Positions 13,112 through 26,675 of a DNA stretch of 64,000 nt are shown here, piece by piece; within the stretch, counting starts at the first letter, position 1; every line of letters begins with the position of its first letter. Origin of the DNA: Laetmonice hystrix (taxonomy: Eukaryota); assembly GCA_965235115.1 (NCBI GenBank), contig OZ249436.1, forward strand, positions 17,672,001 to 17,736,000, in the 5' to 3' direction. The translations under genes and the position numbers were made by a program. The notes under the pieces were generated by a model, which worked only from the letters and a program-made list of their open reading frames with translations, was not told the origin of the DNA and searched no databases.

Positions 13112-13552
13112 GGTGTCCTAAACTAGTTCACGCCAAACCCGCTAGGCGGCACCAGTCACTGCTCATGTGCGCTAAGTCGTCTGCAATCACTGATTCTTCC
13201 GGTTCAGCGAGTCCAAACTTGGCGGCGGTTAAAGAATTACAAAAGATTTGGCAGAAACTGAGCGTTTTGAATATTTTCGATATTGTCAAGTTAAATTCTG
13301 GCGGAATAATGTATAAAGCTTTCAGCAACATGTTGCCAGTAAATGTACAAAAATATTTCAGACTATGTAATCAAACACATGTAGGGCACTAGACAGAGTA
13401 ATTCAAAACTCATTATCGTATAGGAGGGGTCTACTCGGAAAGACAACGGCGGTGTGTCGTACTGCATGTTGACACTGGAAGTCACAGTGTGGACGTGGTC
13501 TTCAGGCCCTGGCGGCGCCTAACGGGGTTTGCGTGAACAAGTTTAGGAAACC
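13112..13552. mobile_element. Non-autonomous TIR element (MITE-like), ~440 bp
   Basis: 13112-13155 and 13509-13552 are inverted repeats matching at 37/44 positions (GGTGTCCTAAACTAGTTCACGCCAAACCCGCTAGGCGGCACCAG). TSD is obscured by a poly-G flank. Confidence 0.7.
13255..13410 (+). pseudogene. Decayed 3' fragment of an L2/Crack-like LINE ORF2
   Basis: Translation LSVLNIFDIVKLNSGGIMYKAFSNMLPVNVQKYFRLCNQTH, then TRQS in a shifted frame. This resembles from memory the C-terminal LxILxxxDI...MYK...LP...F...H...TR pattern of L2/Crack/CR1-group ORF2. Confidence 0.55.
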
Positions 13553-15058
13553 TTCGAATTGAAGCGTTCGTCCGTGAAAACATACACTATTCTACAATAG
13601 TTCGGGTCCGTTGAAACTGTCCGAAACCATCATGGAGAAGATTGCTTCTGTGAGCCAGGTGACTAAGATAAATGCCATCGCAGGGATCGCCTCTATATCA
13701 TCAGATATCACATGATCGCCGCCGTGAATTATGGTCTCATATTTCACAGAGAGCTGCACGCCCCCTCTGACCCCTGTTTTAGACAATAACTAAAGGCTTA
13801 CACAACGGGTTAAAACATCTATACTCAAATATACCCTGTAACTGTATTTTTAACACATTCTTGATTTCACTAACTTTTGACGAATTAAATGGAAACAATT
13901 TTTGAGATCGGTTGTGAGAGAATTTTTGCGGCCGTCCTAGCTAACCCATGGCGACAGGTCATCCTTCAAGTCTGTCAGACCGACCGGGGGGCAGCGTTTC
14001 CCCAAGACGAGGCCCCATCATGCCGGCTTACCCTTGTTGGGGACAAGGGGCCGTGAATGTCACGGGCACTGCCAGGCCAAGACCTATGGTCATCCCAGAT
14101 CGAGGCCACCGTCCAGTTGTTGCCGGGGAGGTCACGATTTAGCGCCCTCTAGTGACAAAGTGGCCTTAAATGTGCAGCCTTTGTTAGCAGGGTTGATGGC
14201 CGGCGAGACACCGTCATCACCCGACGGTAAGAACGCAGGCGCAGTGATGCGCAGTTACAACAAATATTTCTCCTATTTATGACGTCACGAAGGTTTTCTA
14301 TTCTGGAAGGATTATTGCCTCAGTTGTTTTTAGCAGGATTGAAATCACATAAATAAAATGTTGAAGCGATGGGAGGAAAGAAACAACTGGTGATGAGGCA
14401 GAACTAAGCCGAGTCTGGGCTACATGAAGGACCCACCCGACAGCCAGCGCCCGGTTGTAATGGCAGCCGTGGAGCCAAGTCGAAAGAAAGTGGAGCGGAA
14501 TTTGTCGAAGGATTCAACGAGTCAGTCCTGTGAGAATGGAATGTTGTGTTCAGATTGAGACAAATCGGACGACAGCGAGTATAAATCTTGCCAGGCTCGG
14601 CTGACCCGGGCCTGCTTTCTTTCATCTGTACCCCAGAGAAAAATGACCTTTTTTGGTTTGGGTTGCCTGGTAAGCGCCTTCTTTTGCCAATCCACCGTCG
14701 ATGGATGCTTACATTTTGCTAAGATTTCAACTCTGCATTTGACAAAAAGTGGTGACTAATCCATCGAGTCATTAATTTAAGACTCTTTCAATTCGGAGAT
14801 CATTTCAAGGATAACTGAAGCCTTTTATCAAGCCATCGATGCCTTCAATCGGATTTTCGGAGTTGCCACAAAAAGGGGACCTTTGGTGGCGGGTTGGAGT
14901 GGAGAAAAAGTGGCGCGTCGACTTCCGTCATTACGTCGGACATGGCGCGCCGTGTGACCACATTACGCTGAGTGTTACGGCGTTCTCGCCAGGTGTCGCC
15001 GCAATAGGCGATAATAGAGACGGATAGAGTAAAGTCGAACCGCGGGGCATGCAGGCGC

Positions 15059-15112
15059 CCACCTGCTGGCCACCTGCTGGCCACCTGCTGGCCACCTGCT
15101 GGCCACCTGCTG
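15059..15112. repeat. 11-bp unit x5
   Basis: CCACCTGCTGG. Confidence 0.9.
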
Positions 15113-15575
15113 ACTATCACATTAAAAGACGGAACAGGGACGCTGGACGGACTGCCTCTGCATAGGGTTGCCTAGGAGATGTGACAGACCAATGGCTACC
15201 ACAGCCAGACGTCACGTGATACAAACGTGACGTCACCTGATACAAGCGTGATGTCACGTTGCAAACAGGATGCAGATGCAGCACATTCAAGATCTGAAAT
15301 CAATTAAAATTCGACATCTATAGTTTTGGTTAACTTTCTGTTTTTCACAATTGGGTAGTTTATTGACTATTGCATCGACTACAGTATTTACTATAGGCAA
15401 TTTCTCAGCAAAAGATGATGGTGTCCATTTGTAGTTACATATCCAAGGATGTCTGTGTTTACCCATGTTTCCTGTGTTTTTCTTCTTTACCGTTTTAGTA
15501 ATTTTGATTTTTAAATTCAGGAACCGTTGAAGCTAGGGCCACCAATTGCGGAGTTGTAGTTACGGGTAAGATGAG

Positions 15576-16330
15576 AAGGTCCCAATTCCCGAGGATGTGA
15601 GAGAACTATGGGTGTGACCGGACTCAAGGTCCCGATTCAATCCCTGCTGAGATGGGAGAACTATGGGTGTGACCGGACACAAGGTCGCTATTCAATCCCT
15701 GCTGAGATGGGAGAACTATGGGTGTGACCGGACACAAGGTCGCTATTCAATCCCTGCTGAGATGGGAGAACTATGGGTGTGACCGGACTCAAGGTCCCTA
15801 TTCAATCCCTGCTGAGATGGGAGAACTATGGATGTGACCGGACTCAAGGTCCCTATTCAATCCCTGCTGAGATGAAAAAACTGTGGGTGTGACCGGACTC
15901 AAGGTCCCTATTCAATCCCTGCTGAGATGGGAGAGCTATGGGTGTGACCGGACTCAAGGTCCCTATTCAATCCCTGCTGAGATGGGAGAACTATGGGTGT
16001 GACCGGACTCAAGGTCGCTATTCAATCCCTGCTGAGATGGGAGAACTATGGGTGTGACCGGACTCAAGGTCCCTATTCAATCCCTGCTGAGATGAGAAAA
16101 CTGTGGGTGTGACCGGACTGTCCCTATTCAATCCCTGCTGAGATGAGAGAACTATGGGTGTGACCGGACTGTCCCTATTCAATCCCTGCTGAGATGAGAG
16201 AACTATGGGTGTGACCGGACTCAAGGTCCCTATTCAATCCCTGCTGAGATGGGAGAACTATGGGTGTGACCGGACTCAAGGTCCCTATTCAATCCCTGCT
16301 GAGATGGGAGAACTATGGATGTGATCGGAC
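15576..16330. repeat. Minisatellite, 55-bp unit, ~13-14 copies
   Basis: GGGTGTGACCGGACTCAAGGTCCCTATTCAATCCCTGCTGAGATGGGAGAACTAT, with two shorter variants near 16110-16170. Confidence 0.97.
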
Positions 16331-18387
16331 CGGAGTAACAGGACCACGACCCGATTCAATTAAGGAATCACACCAAGTATCTATAAGTATCTAACTCCAG
16401 TATATGAGCTTGAGGTCTTAAAGTCTGGCATCATCTAATATACGAACAAACTGCCAGACTCGCAGCCTAGGTGGGGGCAGCTCACTCTCAGGGGCTTTCT
16501 GGCAGTTTGTAACAGAGTGATGAAAAAATAAGCTTGTCTCTAGAATTTCTAGGACACAAAATCTCCAGGGGTTGGTACCCTCTGCCCGCCCGCCCTGTGC
16601 CTGCCCATGCCTGCAAAGTGCGTCTAGCTCAGCACAAATGATGAATGCTTGGTGTTAGTGCCAAGTTTCTTCATGGGCTATTGTAACTTCTATGGGTCCG
16701 GAATGGAAGTTTGTGTCGTGGACCTGAGTAAAGAGACCGTATCGGGACTTGGATGTTTTACTTGACCGAGTAGCAGTACTGAGAAAGGTTAGGACGATAT
16801 GCATGCACTGCAGCCCCGCAAACTGTAGGATCGGCTGCCTGTTTTATCCGCCTTCCATGCCATTGGAACATTTTCCCGTCGTTTATATGAGGAATGCGTC
16901 CTACGATCCCTGCCTAACTCCGGCCCTGCCTAACTCCGGCCCTGCCTAACTCCGGTCAGTCAGCGACCCCTGTTGGTAACAGTCCCACCCACTATGACGT
17001 CATATATGAGTGCGTGGCATGCCGAGCGTCTCTGTCATCTCTACAACCGATCTCTTCGTCGGGCCAGATTTCTGCTATTGGCAATCAGAAACAAACACAA
17101 TTTGTGGGCATCCTACACGCGCTGCTGTCATTTTGCCGTGAGGGTTTGATATTTCATCAGGGAGCGGTGCTGCTTCAAATACCTTCATTTGGGTGACGGC
17201 AGAGAGAGCTTAACATTTGACATGGGATGTATAACACTGGCGCTATCATCGCCCTGCGCCTTGCGCAATCAGAGTAAATGTCTCCCGGTAAATTTCTAGT
17301 CTGATCCTCCAAAACGACCGATTCACGACGGGGCAGTCATGGTACCGGCTCGACTGGTCGCCCGACACGACAACTGATGCCAAATCAAGTGCTCAGGCAT
17401 TGGAATTGGAAGCCGGGGGCCGAGTTGTTGTATTTAGTTGTGTCTTTATTCTCTGAGTGGTGTCCAATGAAGTTTGGTGGAGTCGTTAGGGGTCTGAAGG
17501 GCCGGGGTGTAGGGTTAACGACGGCTGTAGCAGCACGGATTCAGGTCCTCATTGATCGGGGCATCATCAAAGTGGATCCATGCATAGGCCGCCAATCAAT
17601 GCGTGTATTACAAACGTATATGAAACGGCACATCTAATTGGTGCGTCCGGGAGCGGAGCAAAGGTTGTGATTGGTCGGAAGTTTGGTGGGGTTTCGGCGA
17701 TCGGAGCTGAAGCGAGGCCATGCATGGGGCCTTGGATATAAACTGTATGTCGTGGGGGAATTGCTCTCAGTGACCTGTTCTGGAACAGCTAACTTAATTT
17801 GACCATCGAGTGTTAGAGCTTTGGCTTATAGCCATCTCCGAACGATTGGAATGGAGTTAGCGTTAATGATGTCGTGTTTGGAGTCATGACAATTAAATAG
17901 GAGAAATTTGCTTGGAAACATTATTACCGTGTTATTGAGTGACGGTCCACACCGGCTGTTAGGAATATCGACCTAATTGGAAAAGGTCATGGCGTGATTC
18001 GGTTACAGGGACTTGATGAACTCGTTCCTTAAAGGATAATGCCACCAAGGACTGCGAAAGAGATTTGGAAATTGAATAATGGATGAAAACGGCGTAAAGA
18101 CAAACAACCTCTCATGCAGGCCCTAGGTATTTTGAACAGAAATATCTATTTTTCTTTTGAGGGAGGGGGTATTTTCGACGTTCAGGTCGTATGTGTGGTT
18201 ATCGTCGAGTGGAAGTGGAAGAACTGTTAGCTTTGATCCGGAATGAATGCGTGTCGCCGTCGACTAGGCGACATTTCCATCTCATGCAGGACCATAACAC
18301 TAATCCTAACCTTAACCCTAATCCATATATATTTTTTACGCCTATTGTCTCATACCACCAAGTGGACGACCACATAGGATTCCAACA

Positions 18388-18530
18388 GCACACGTGGAAC
18401 CGACCTGCGGCAAACGTGGAACCGGCTTGCCGCACACGTGGAACCCTGCCGCACACGTGGAACTGGCCTGCCGCACATGTGGAACCGGTTTGCCGCACAC
18501 GTGGCCCCGTCCTGCCGCCCACGTGGGAAG
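18388..18530. repeat. Degenerate ~22-bp repeat, ~6 copies
   Basis: GCACACGTGGAACCGG...GCC. Confidence 0.8.
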
Positions 18531-21528
18531 CGACCACCATTCATAATCGGGAGTAACATTGTGAGGGAGACCTTGTCCCAGCAGGGGCCTTCTGGATGGG
18601 TCCCTTTGCTTAACACTGTCGTGATTTATTGCTGAGTCACTGCAAGTGTGCTTCAAGAGGACTTGGCGGCACAATGTCGCCTAACCCCTGACACGAAAAG
18701 GGTCTCGCATAGCAGCTGCCATTTGGCAGGGAAAGTTATATTGGAATATAAATCCTGCCCCATCAATGGCATCTCCAAAATGAGGCCCCTCACAGCATGT
18801 TTATGGTGTCAAACATGAAAAATGTATCCACTGGTGTCTTTTCAAGCATTCTGCCATTTGGTTGTGAGCGGCGGCAGTAGGGGAGTGGAGGAATGACTGC
18901 GAGCTCAAGGGGCTCGGGGAGTGGCAGAGGTCTGGCGGCCGCTATAATTGCCACCGCTGTCGTTAACGGTGCCACATTATGGCGACGAGCGGCGGCGTAG
19001 GACAAGAATTGTGACTACTGACTGACATGTTTTCACCATTTGCTGTTAATGCCCTGGTGGAAGGGTTGAGAAGGCTGGCGACAAACACCTTTGTCTCAGG
19101 CGCTGGGAATGCACACATACATGAGCGGACAACTTACCGACGACAGCCTCTCCCAGTGAAGGGAACACTTTCAGGCGACACCGCCACCGAACGCGACACC
19201 GGGGCCCGGGCAAATTTTAACTCTTTTGAAACGAATTGATTCCAGACGACGCCAGACAAAATATGTTGGGCTCATAAAGATCGTGCCGTAAACAACACAG
19301 ACAGGCCAGTTGTGACTTTATCTGAGCTCGTACCGCATTCATACACTAGAGTTATTGATATGAGAACTCAGACTTCAGCATGGAAATAATCAATTAATGT
19401 TCTGTTGCTTTGAGTATGGAATGACACGAGATACTGCTGGTTGTCGGATTGTTAGTTGCACCAATCAGCACGACAGGATATCGTTAGTGATGGGGCGACA
19501 TCGATATGCTCTTCTAGGGGAGGTGAAGTTTTCAATACTACGGAGAATGGGCAGAGAGTAAGGTCATAATGGTGACGATAAGACAGAAGTTATAGTCAGT
19601 CTGGGGTGGAACAGGCTGGGAAGGAGTCAACAAGAAACGTCGCCATGGAATGCAGGTTGTGGCCAAGAAGAATGCAGTTTGTTTCTAAGGAGAATGCAGG
19701 TTAATTGTTGCCAATGAGGCGGCAGGTTGTCGCCTAGGAGAATACAGGTTGACGTCAAAGACAATGAGCCTGTTGTCAAGAACATCCAGATTACCACCAC
19801 CAATTAAAGAGAATACATGCAGGTTGACTTAAAAAGAAAATGCAGGCTGTCTCTAGGTAGGCTCTTGTCAAGTGCAGGCTGTATAAAGGTTAAAGAATTC
19901 AAACAGCAACATGACGTCGAGTGACTCTGGGCTCCTGGCGGCATTCAACTGTTTTGACGTGGACAAATGATAAATGACTAGTGTTAAGAAAGCGGTCATT
20001 GGCTGCATATGAGAGCAGGTTTGGTTTGGCGCGGAAGAATTCCTTTGTTTGGTTGTTTCCCCATCTGTCACTTGTCAACTCCTCTTATCAGCAGCTGGTG
20101 AAAGCACGCCGAAAGCACCCTCGTGACTCTTGTTCTTGGCAGCTGCAGACAGCAATAGCCGGTTACAAACTCCAAGAGCCAGTCACAAACTCCCATTGCC
20201 AGGCAAAACTCCGAGAGCTAGTTACAAACTCCAATAGGCCGGTAGAAGCTCCATTAGCCCGATACCAACTCCACTAGCGAGTCACAAGCTCCCGTAGGCC
20301 AGCACAAACCCCAATAGCCAGTTACAAATTCAATTACAATATTTTTGGGAGTTTTAAAAGCCAGTTGTTGCTTCATCCTTTCAGACTTTGTGAACTCGCC
20401 ATTTAAAGAACCATCATCGCCAGTTGAAAACTACATAGAACTGGGAAATGAACTAGTCAATCCCCAGTTGCCAGTTGCGTATTTTGATGGTGAGATGTGA
20501 ACTCCATTCACTTTCATTATCATCTTCTGATTATGGCCTTTACGTCTCTTCACAGTGACTGTTAACCCTTAGATCCGGTCACTATGTAAGCCCCAGCGGG
20601 TGAGTGAGCCTTTATCCTCGGCCTGGTCTGGGTAAGCTGATGGCGGTCGTACCCCACAACTCACTTGTGGTAACAGTTTTCTTGGACCTCTCACTTCTAC
20701 TAAATGAAATGGATAAACACAATGGTTAATGAGTGAGGCTTCTTTTCATACCCCTTTACAGACACCCAATTACAAAAATTAGAATTGGTTTTGAATAAAT
20801 GGTTGCAGATTTGGCTAAAATCAACTCGTACTTTTATAGAAATGATGAATTACATGGTAAAAAGTTCAGATAACTGTTTAAAACACTGTGCTGAATTACC
20901 CGTCTGATAATATTGTGACCATCAGTTATGTAAAGAATCGCTCACGGCATTGTAATGAGGTAATCATGAATCGGGATAAAGACGTTCCTTTGATTGAACG
21001 TAAAATATGAAAATTACTGTTACGTTTTCATTCATCAGAATTAGTTTTTGTTTCTTAAAATTAAATGTTGTCAAAGTTGAAAGGTTAGGGGTGAAAAACA
21101 AGTTGAGTTGGAACATTCATGGTGCCGTATAGAGGAGAGCGTATCGTAGGTCATACTTAATGGTTTATTCACGACAAGGCACTTGTAAAATGTCAGGCAT
21201 CAGTCGTTGTAACAAGGGTGTTGCCATCATATCCCAAGGTCATCAGTGTAAGAGCTCCCATCAAGGCTGCGCATACCCTGAGCATAGCGACATCAAGCCA
21301 GCGCGCCATCGAGCTGACTGCGGTGTGGCGCCACTGTGCCATGAGCGCTCCGGTTTGCAGCAAGTCGGGCGCCAGTTTGCGGCATGTCGCTACCCAACCC
21401 GTGTAAACTATCACTCTCTGGTCATGGCTTCTCTTTTACACTTTGCATGACACTCGGCGCATGCCCAGCCGTCATGACGGATGGTCTCCGCAGCAATGAA
21501 TACTTGACAGTTGCCACTTGCCGCTACA

Positions 21529-21867
21529 TGGGAACCACTGTCTGCAAGGTTTGACAGCCGAGGGTCTGTCAGGGCTGACATTGGGTAACACTGTCTGCAA
21601 GGTTTGACAGCCGAGGGTCTGTCAGGGCTGACATTTGGTACCACTGTCAGCAAGGTTTGACAGCCGAGGGTCTGTCAGGGCTGACATTTGGTACCACTGT
21701 CAGCAAGGTTTGACAGCCGAGGGTCTGTCAGGGCTGACATTGGGTACCACTGTCTGCATGGTTTGGCAGCCGAGGGTCTGTCAGGGCTGACATTGGGTAA
21801 CACTGTCTGCAAGGTTTGACAGCCGAGGGTCTGTCAGGGCTGACATTGGGTACCACTGTCTGCATGG
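21529..21867. repeat. Minisatellite, 53-bp unit, ~6 copies
   Basis: GGTACCACTGTCTGCAAGGTTTGACAGCCGAGGGTCTGTCAGGGCTGACATTG. Confidence 0.96.
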
Positions 21868-22159
21868 ATTCGGCGATGGGAGTGGGGGTGTGTTGTGGGA
21901 CGAATCTGACGTCAAGCCAAAGTAACTTTGGAAAAGCACATTTAGGGTTCACTTCTACTCTTGTGATAGAGGCCAGTGAATAAAACCACCTGAATTAGAC
22001 GGAGTGATTGTTGGCCAGTTGTTGTTGTTGGCCAGTGGTGACATCACCTAGAAACTATGAAATTCTGACTCAACTTCCAGTACTGTTTCAATATAAAGAG
22101 GTGGTAGGCCTACCTGCACAATCAGAGAGAAAAAAGTCGTGATGACGTGCTGATTAGGC

Positions 22160-22462
22160 TTGCCGGCGTGATCACATCCTCCGTTACGATTGGCCGGCGT
22201 GATCACGTCCTCCGTTACGATTGGCCGGCGTGATCACATCCTCCGTTACGATTGGCCGGCGTGATCACATCCTCCGTTACGATTGGCCGGCGTGATCACA
22301 TCCTCCGTTACGATTGGCCGGCGTGATCACATCCTCCGTTACGATTGGCCGGCGTGATCACGTGCTGTGTTGTGATTGGCCGCCGTGATCACGTGCTGTG
22401 TTGTGATTGGCCGCCGTGATCACGTGCTGTGTTGTGATTGGCCGGCGATGTGATCACGTGGC
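22160..22462. repeat. Minisatellite, 31-bp unit, two sub-types, ~9-10 copies
   Basis: GATTGGCCGGCGTGATCACATCCTCCGTTAC switching to GATTGGCCGCCGTGATCACGTGCTGTGTTGT. Confidence 0.95.
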
Positions 22463-24293
22463 TGGGACCTCGAGCCGGGCGGCGGGGCCCAGAGACTGAA
22501 CCCCACATAAACCTCCACCGAGGGCAGTCATTACCACGGCCCGTTCTGACGTGGCAGGAAGCCAAGTGTACATGCCTAATCACAACTCGGCGCCCCGAAA
22601 CAAGTATTTATAAGACTCTGTCATGCCAGTTGAGTTTAACATGTGTAAATCAATTAGCATTGGTTATTCCGTCCATACAGCAGTAGCAGAGTCGCCCTCA
22701 TGAATATTTCAACTTGTTTGGGTGCCTTGTCTGGTCACTCCGGCCGTACGCCAGAGAGTTAAAAAAAGGGGGACAACGCCCGCACTTTGTCACACTGGCC
22801 TGCTGCCTCTGGGATTTGTGAAAATAGTCACAATCAGACCAATATTACGGGCGCTGGACCTTGTAAAAGATTTGTCGTACCTTCCGGAATTCATGAGTGC
22901 AGGAGTTGTGAATTGTGGGACGCGGAACTGTTGGTATATGTACGTACTGTGGCATGTGTCGCCCGCTTACCCTGGGTCCTGGGCGGGGTGGCACAATGTC
23001 ACACTCCACGACTACAGCTCCGGACATGGTGGTATTATCAAGTCCTTATAATTGATGGAATTATCCTTGAAAGTCCCGGCAGTCGCAGAACTTCAGGTCT
23101 CCGAAGCAGTCTATCTTGGGATATTGGCTAAAAATATTTCCTCGCGAGGAACTTTGACACTTTCCGTGACTGTCGATAACTCATGCTTGGCGGGCCGGCC
23201 TCGGTGGAGCATCGATTTTTCACTCTAGAATAACAAAGCCAAATATTAAATTCTATTTATTGTTGTTAGAGATGGGTATGAAATGGAATGGTCTGTGGTG
23301 AGGGTGATGTATCTGTCAGTGGGCTGTCCCAGATTAGATTAGAGAGTTATATACTGCGGAGATTCATCATGAGCGTCTGCTAACGGCGTCACTAAAGTCA
23401 ATATACGGGGTCATTTTATGGTTCAATACGATCAACACTGCACCCCAACAATTGTCTTTTTACGACTGTTTGTCTCTTCATGCTTGGGCTGATGAAAAGA
23501 ACTGTATGGCAGGAGAGCCGAGGCATTCATAAATACAGTCGGGAGTTCTTCAACCAGAGCTTTGTCTGAGGCTCGGGAAGTCAATCTGTCAATTTAAATA
23601 TTTGTTATGAGCGAAGTGAACATTGTGACATGGCAAAGATGGGCCATTTCGACGTGATGGACGTGATGGAAAATTAATTCTCCTTTGTCACGTGTTGAGG
23701 CGGAAAGATACAGGTCCCTTTAATTTCAGATAGATCATGGGCGCGGCAGTTAGGAGGCTAGAATCAGATAATGTCCGATCCATTACCATCGGATTGGGTA
23801 TACGCATTTAAGGGAGAGTAAAAATGGAAGCGGGGAACCTGTTCATTTTGTTGAAATCATGAAGCTTATCTATCAAAGTTTGATTTAAAGGTTCTTTGTT
23901 CAAATAAAGTTTGGATGTTTGGAGTCGAGTTGGTCAGGACGGTCCGTTCTCTGATGGGGGAAATAGTCGAATGTCGAATTGCAAAGTAGTCTACATGGCA
24001 TAGATAATTAACCCTGGGGTGCTCAATAGGTCTCATGACTGTACAAGTTAAAAAAAGGGGGGGGGGGGGGGCTGAATAGGATTGAAATACTGCCAACAGG
24101 GCGCAAATCTTCTAATTCACTCTCAGTCGTTTATTGATGTCCTGATACAATGTCTGAAGATAAGTCAGATTCATACAGCAGATATAGAAGGTGTTCAAGT
24201 CCAAATCTTGATATATGACATTATGTAATGATGGGATTTATTATATTTGCAAGATGCGGTTAAGTTGGCGATTTTAACGCGACCTATAGGAGA

Positions 24294-24987
24294 TGTTAAC
24301 CATAGATAATACACGTGTTTGCCTGCTTTCTTATTGCACTGTAACTTTCCTTTTCGGGTTGTTTTCAATGGGCAAGTTTTCATGTTGTTGCGTGGAGGAC
24401 GCCATATGGCTGTTAACCATTGATAATAGATGTGTTTGCTTACTTTCTTATTGCACTGTAACTTTCCTTTTCGGGTCGTTTTCAATGGGCAAGTTTTCAT
24501 GTTGTTGCGTGGAGGACGCCATATGGCTGTTAACCATAGATAATAGATGTGTTTGCTTACTTTCTTATTGAACTGTAACTTTCCTTTTCGGGTTGTTTTC
24601 AATGGGCAACTTTTCATGTTGTTGCGTGGAGGACGCCATATGGCTGTTAACCATTGATAATAGATGTGTTTGCTTACTTTCTTATTGCACTGTAACTTTC
24701 CTTTTCGGGTTGTTTCAATGGGCAAGTTTTCATGTTGTTGCGTGGAGGACGCCATATGGCTGTTAACCATTGATAATAGATGTGTTTGCTTACTTTCTTA
24801 TTGCACTGTAACTTTCCTTTTCGGGTTGTTTTCAATGGGCAAGTTTTCATGTTGTTGCGTGGAGGACGCCATATGGCTGTTAACCATTGATAATAGATGT
24901 GTTTGCTTACTTTCTTATTGAACTGTAACTTTCCTTTTCGGGTTGTTTTCAATGGGCAAGTTTCCATGTTGTTGCGTGGAGGACGCC
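24294..24987. repeat. Tandem repeat, 117-bp unit, ~6 copies
   Basis: Period of 117 bp, seen as a 39-aa repeat in the ORF track. Confidence 0.97.
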
Positions 24988-25786
24988 CATGTTATATTTA
25001 GCCGTGCCGGGGCTACATGTTTCATAATGTATTTGATAATTAGATTCCTATCACATCGCTCAACATTGAGCAGATCAAAGGCAAGCCACACCCACCGTCA
25101 GATCACTACATTCCATGCCCCACGCTAACTGACCGGGCGGTCGTCACACAGATCCTAACCCTGTGTATTAAAAATACATTCGATTAGGTCTTGCACGATT
25201 GGCACTAGCTCCCGTGCTACCCTCTTGATGTGGTCGAACGTCCTAATACGGGTCGTTAGGAAAGTAGTCGACTTTATCCCACAATCCACCGCGAAACATC
25301 CGCCATTACCGGAAGTACACCGCAACAACCAATCAGCGATGGTTGTGATCGTTGGCACAGTTTCATTTGGTAATGACCAATCTACCCTGGGCTTTTTTTA
25401 CATTTGCTATGGGTGAACCAGGCTAGTATTCCTTATGGCCCATTCTTTAAACAATGACCATGATATTGGAGTTGGAGCGATTTAACGGTTTCTTAAAGTA
25501 ATCTGATGACTGATCATAAAATCACACTGAAAATAGTTTTCTTTATTATTTTACAAGATGACACAGAATGTCCTTTATCGCAATATAGCATTTATGACAA
25601 AATATAGAGCACTTACGGGCATTGGCCAATGAATGTAATAAGTTATATGTGGGCTGACAACGTCTTGATAGGTGGTATCCCGGATTCTGTGAATGGAATC
25701 CTTGCAGAACGCTGTGGGTAAGATGGATACGATTCATACGGGAGAGCTACAGAAACTCTCAACCAAACTCCATCGTAAACATCAAG

Positions 25787-25946
25787 CAGTGGGGGATCCA
25801 GAGGATCAGGGGGCCCGGCCACCCTTAGATTTTCTTTCTTTTTTTATGAAGATGCATAAGTACAATCACAACAAATCATGCCGAGCGTAGCGATGCCAAA
25901 ATGTTTTTAGGTGGGCCCCCTTATCAAAATCCTAGGTTCCCCACTG
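25787..25946. mobile_element. 160-bp MITE with CAGTGGGG termini
   Basis: Left end CAGTGGGGGATCCAG and right end CTAGGTTCCCCACTG form an imperfect TIR. TCAAG is directly repeated at 25782-25786 and 25947-25951. Confidence 0.75.
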
Positions 25947-26620
25947 TCAAGGATATCTTAAACAAAAAGAAATAGAACAAAGCAACATTACTAGACTGGC
26001 ATCAGTGATCTGTCGAGTTAAGGACCTAGCTTTTTACCCGCTCAGTGGAGTGTAGATAAGTTTTTTTACGGTGTAATAGTGGTACCATTAAGATGGCATG
26101 ACAATGGTACTTATAGCTTATTACTGCTAGGAGAGCCCCATAATGGAGGCTTACTGATCCTTATCGACTGATCCTTATCGAAGCATTTCGTTCAGGAACA
26201 GAACTGAACAATCGCTGTGCATGCGTTCATCATATTTCGTAATTTAACATTTGAAATTCAATTATTATGTAATGTTTGTATGGCGTGATGTCGGTCTGTT
26301 ACTGGAGCAGTGATGTGCATTCAGTCAGTAAACTCGGAACATTACCATTACGTCTGACCATTACCATTTAGTTCTTCTCGACAGCACAGTCAGATCCTGG
26401 TGACTCTGCTCTGAGACGTTACACCCAGTCCCTCCCCCTTCTCCCGTCACCCCCTCCCACCCCCGGCTTCCCCGCCCCTCCCGTTGACGGAACCACTCAT
26501 AAGTGCAGACAACTTTTGGTCCACGCGAAATGTTGTAGCTGAACTTAAATTAATCTTGTTTTCATTTAACGGTGTATGTATTGTAAGCGGAGCAATCACA
26601 ACATCACATCACGCATACTG

Positions 26621-26675
<55 letters not shown>
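26621..26675. repeat. (GTCT)n microsatellite
   Basis: Perfect tetranucleotide run. Confidence 0.97.
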
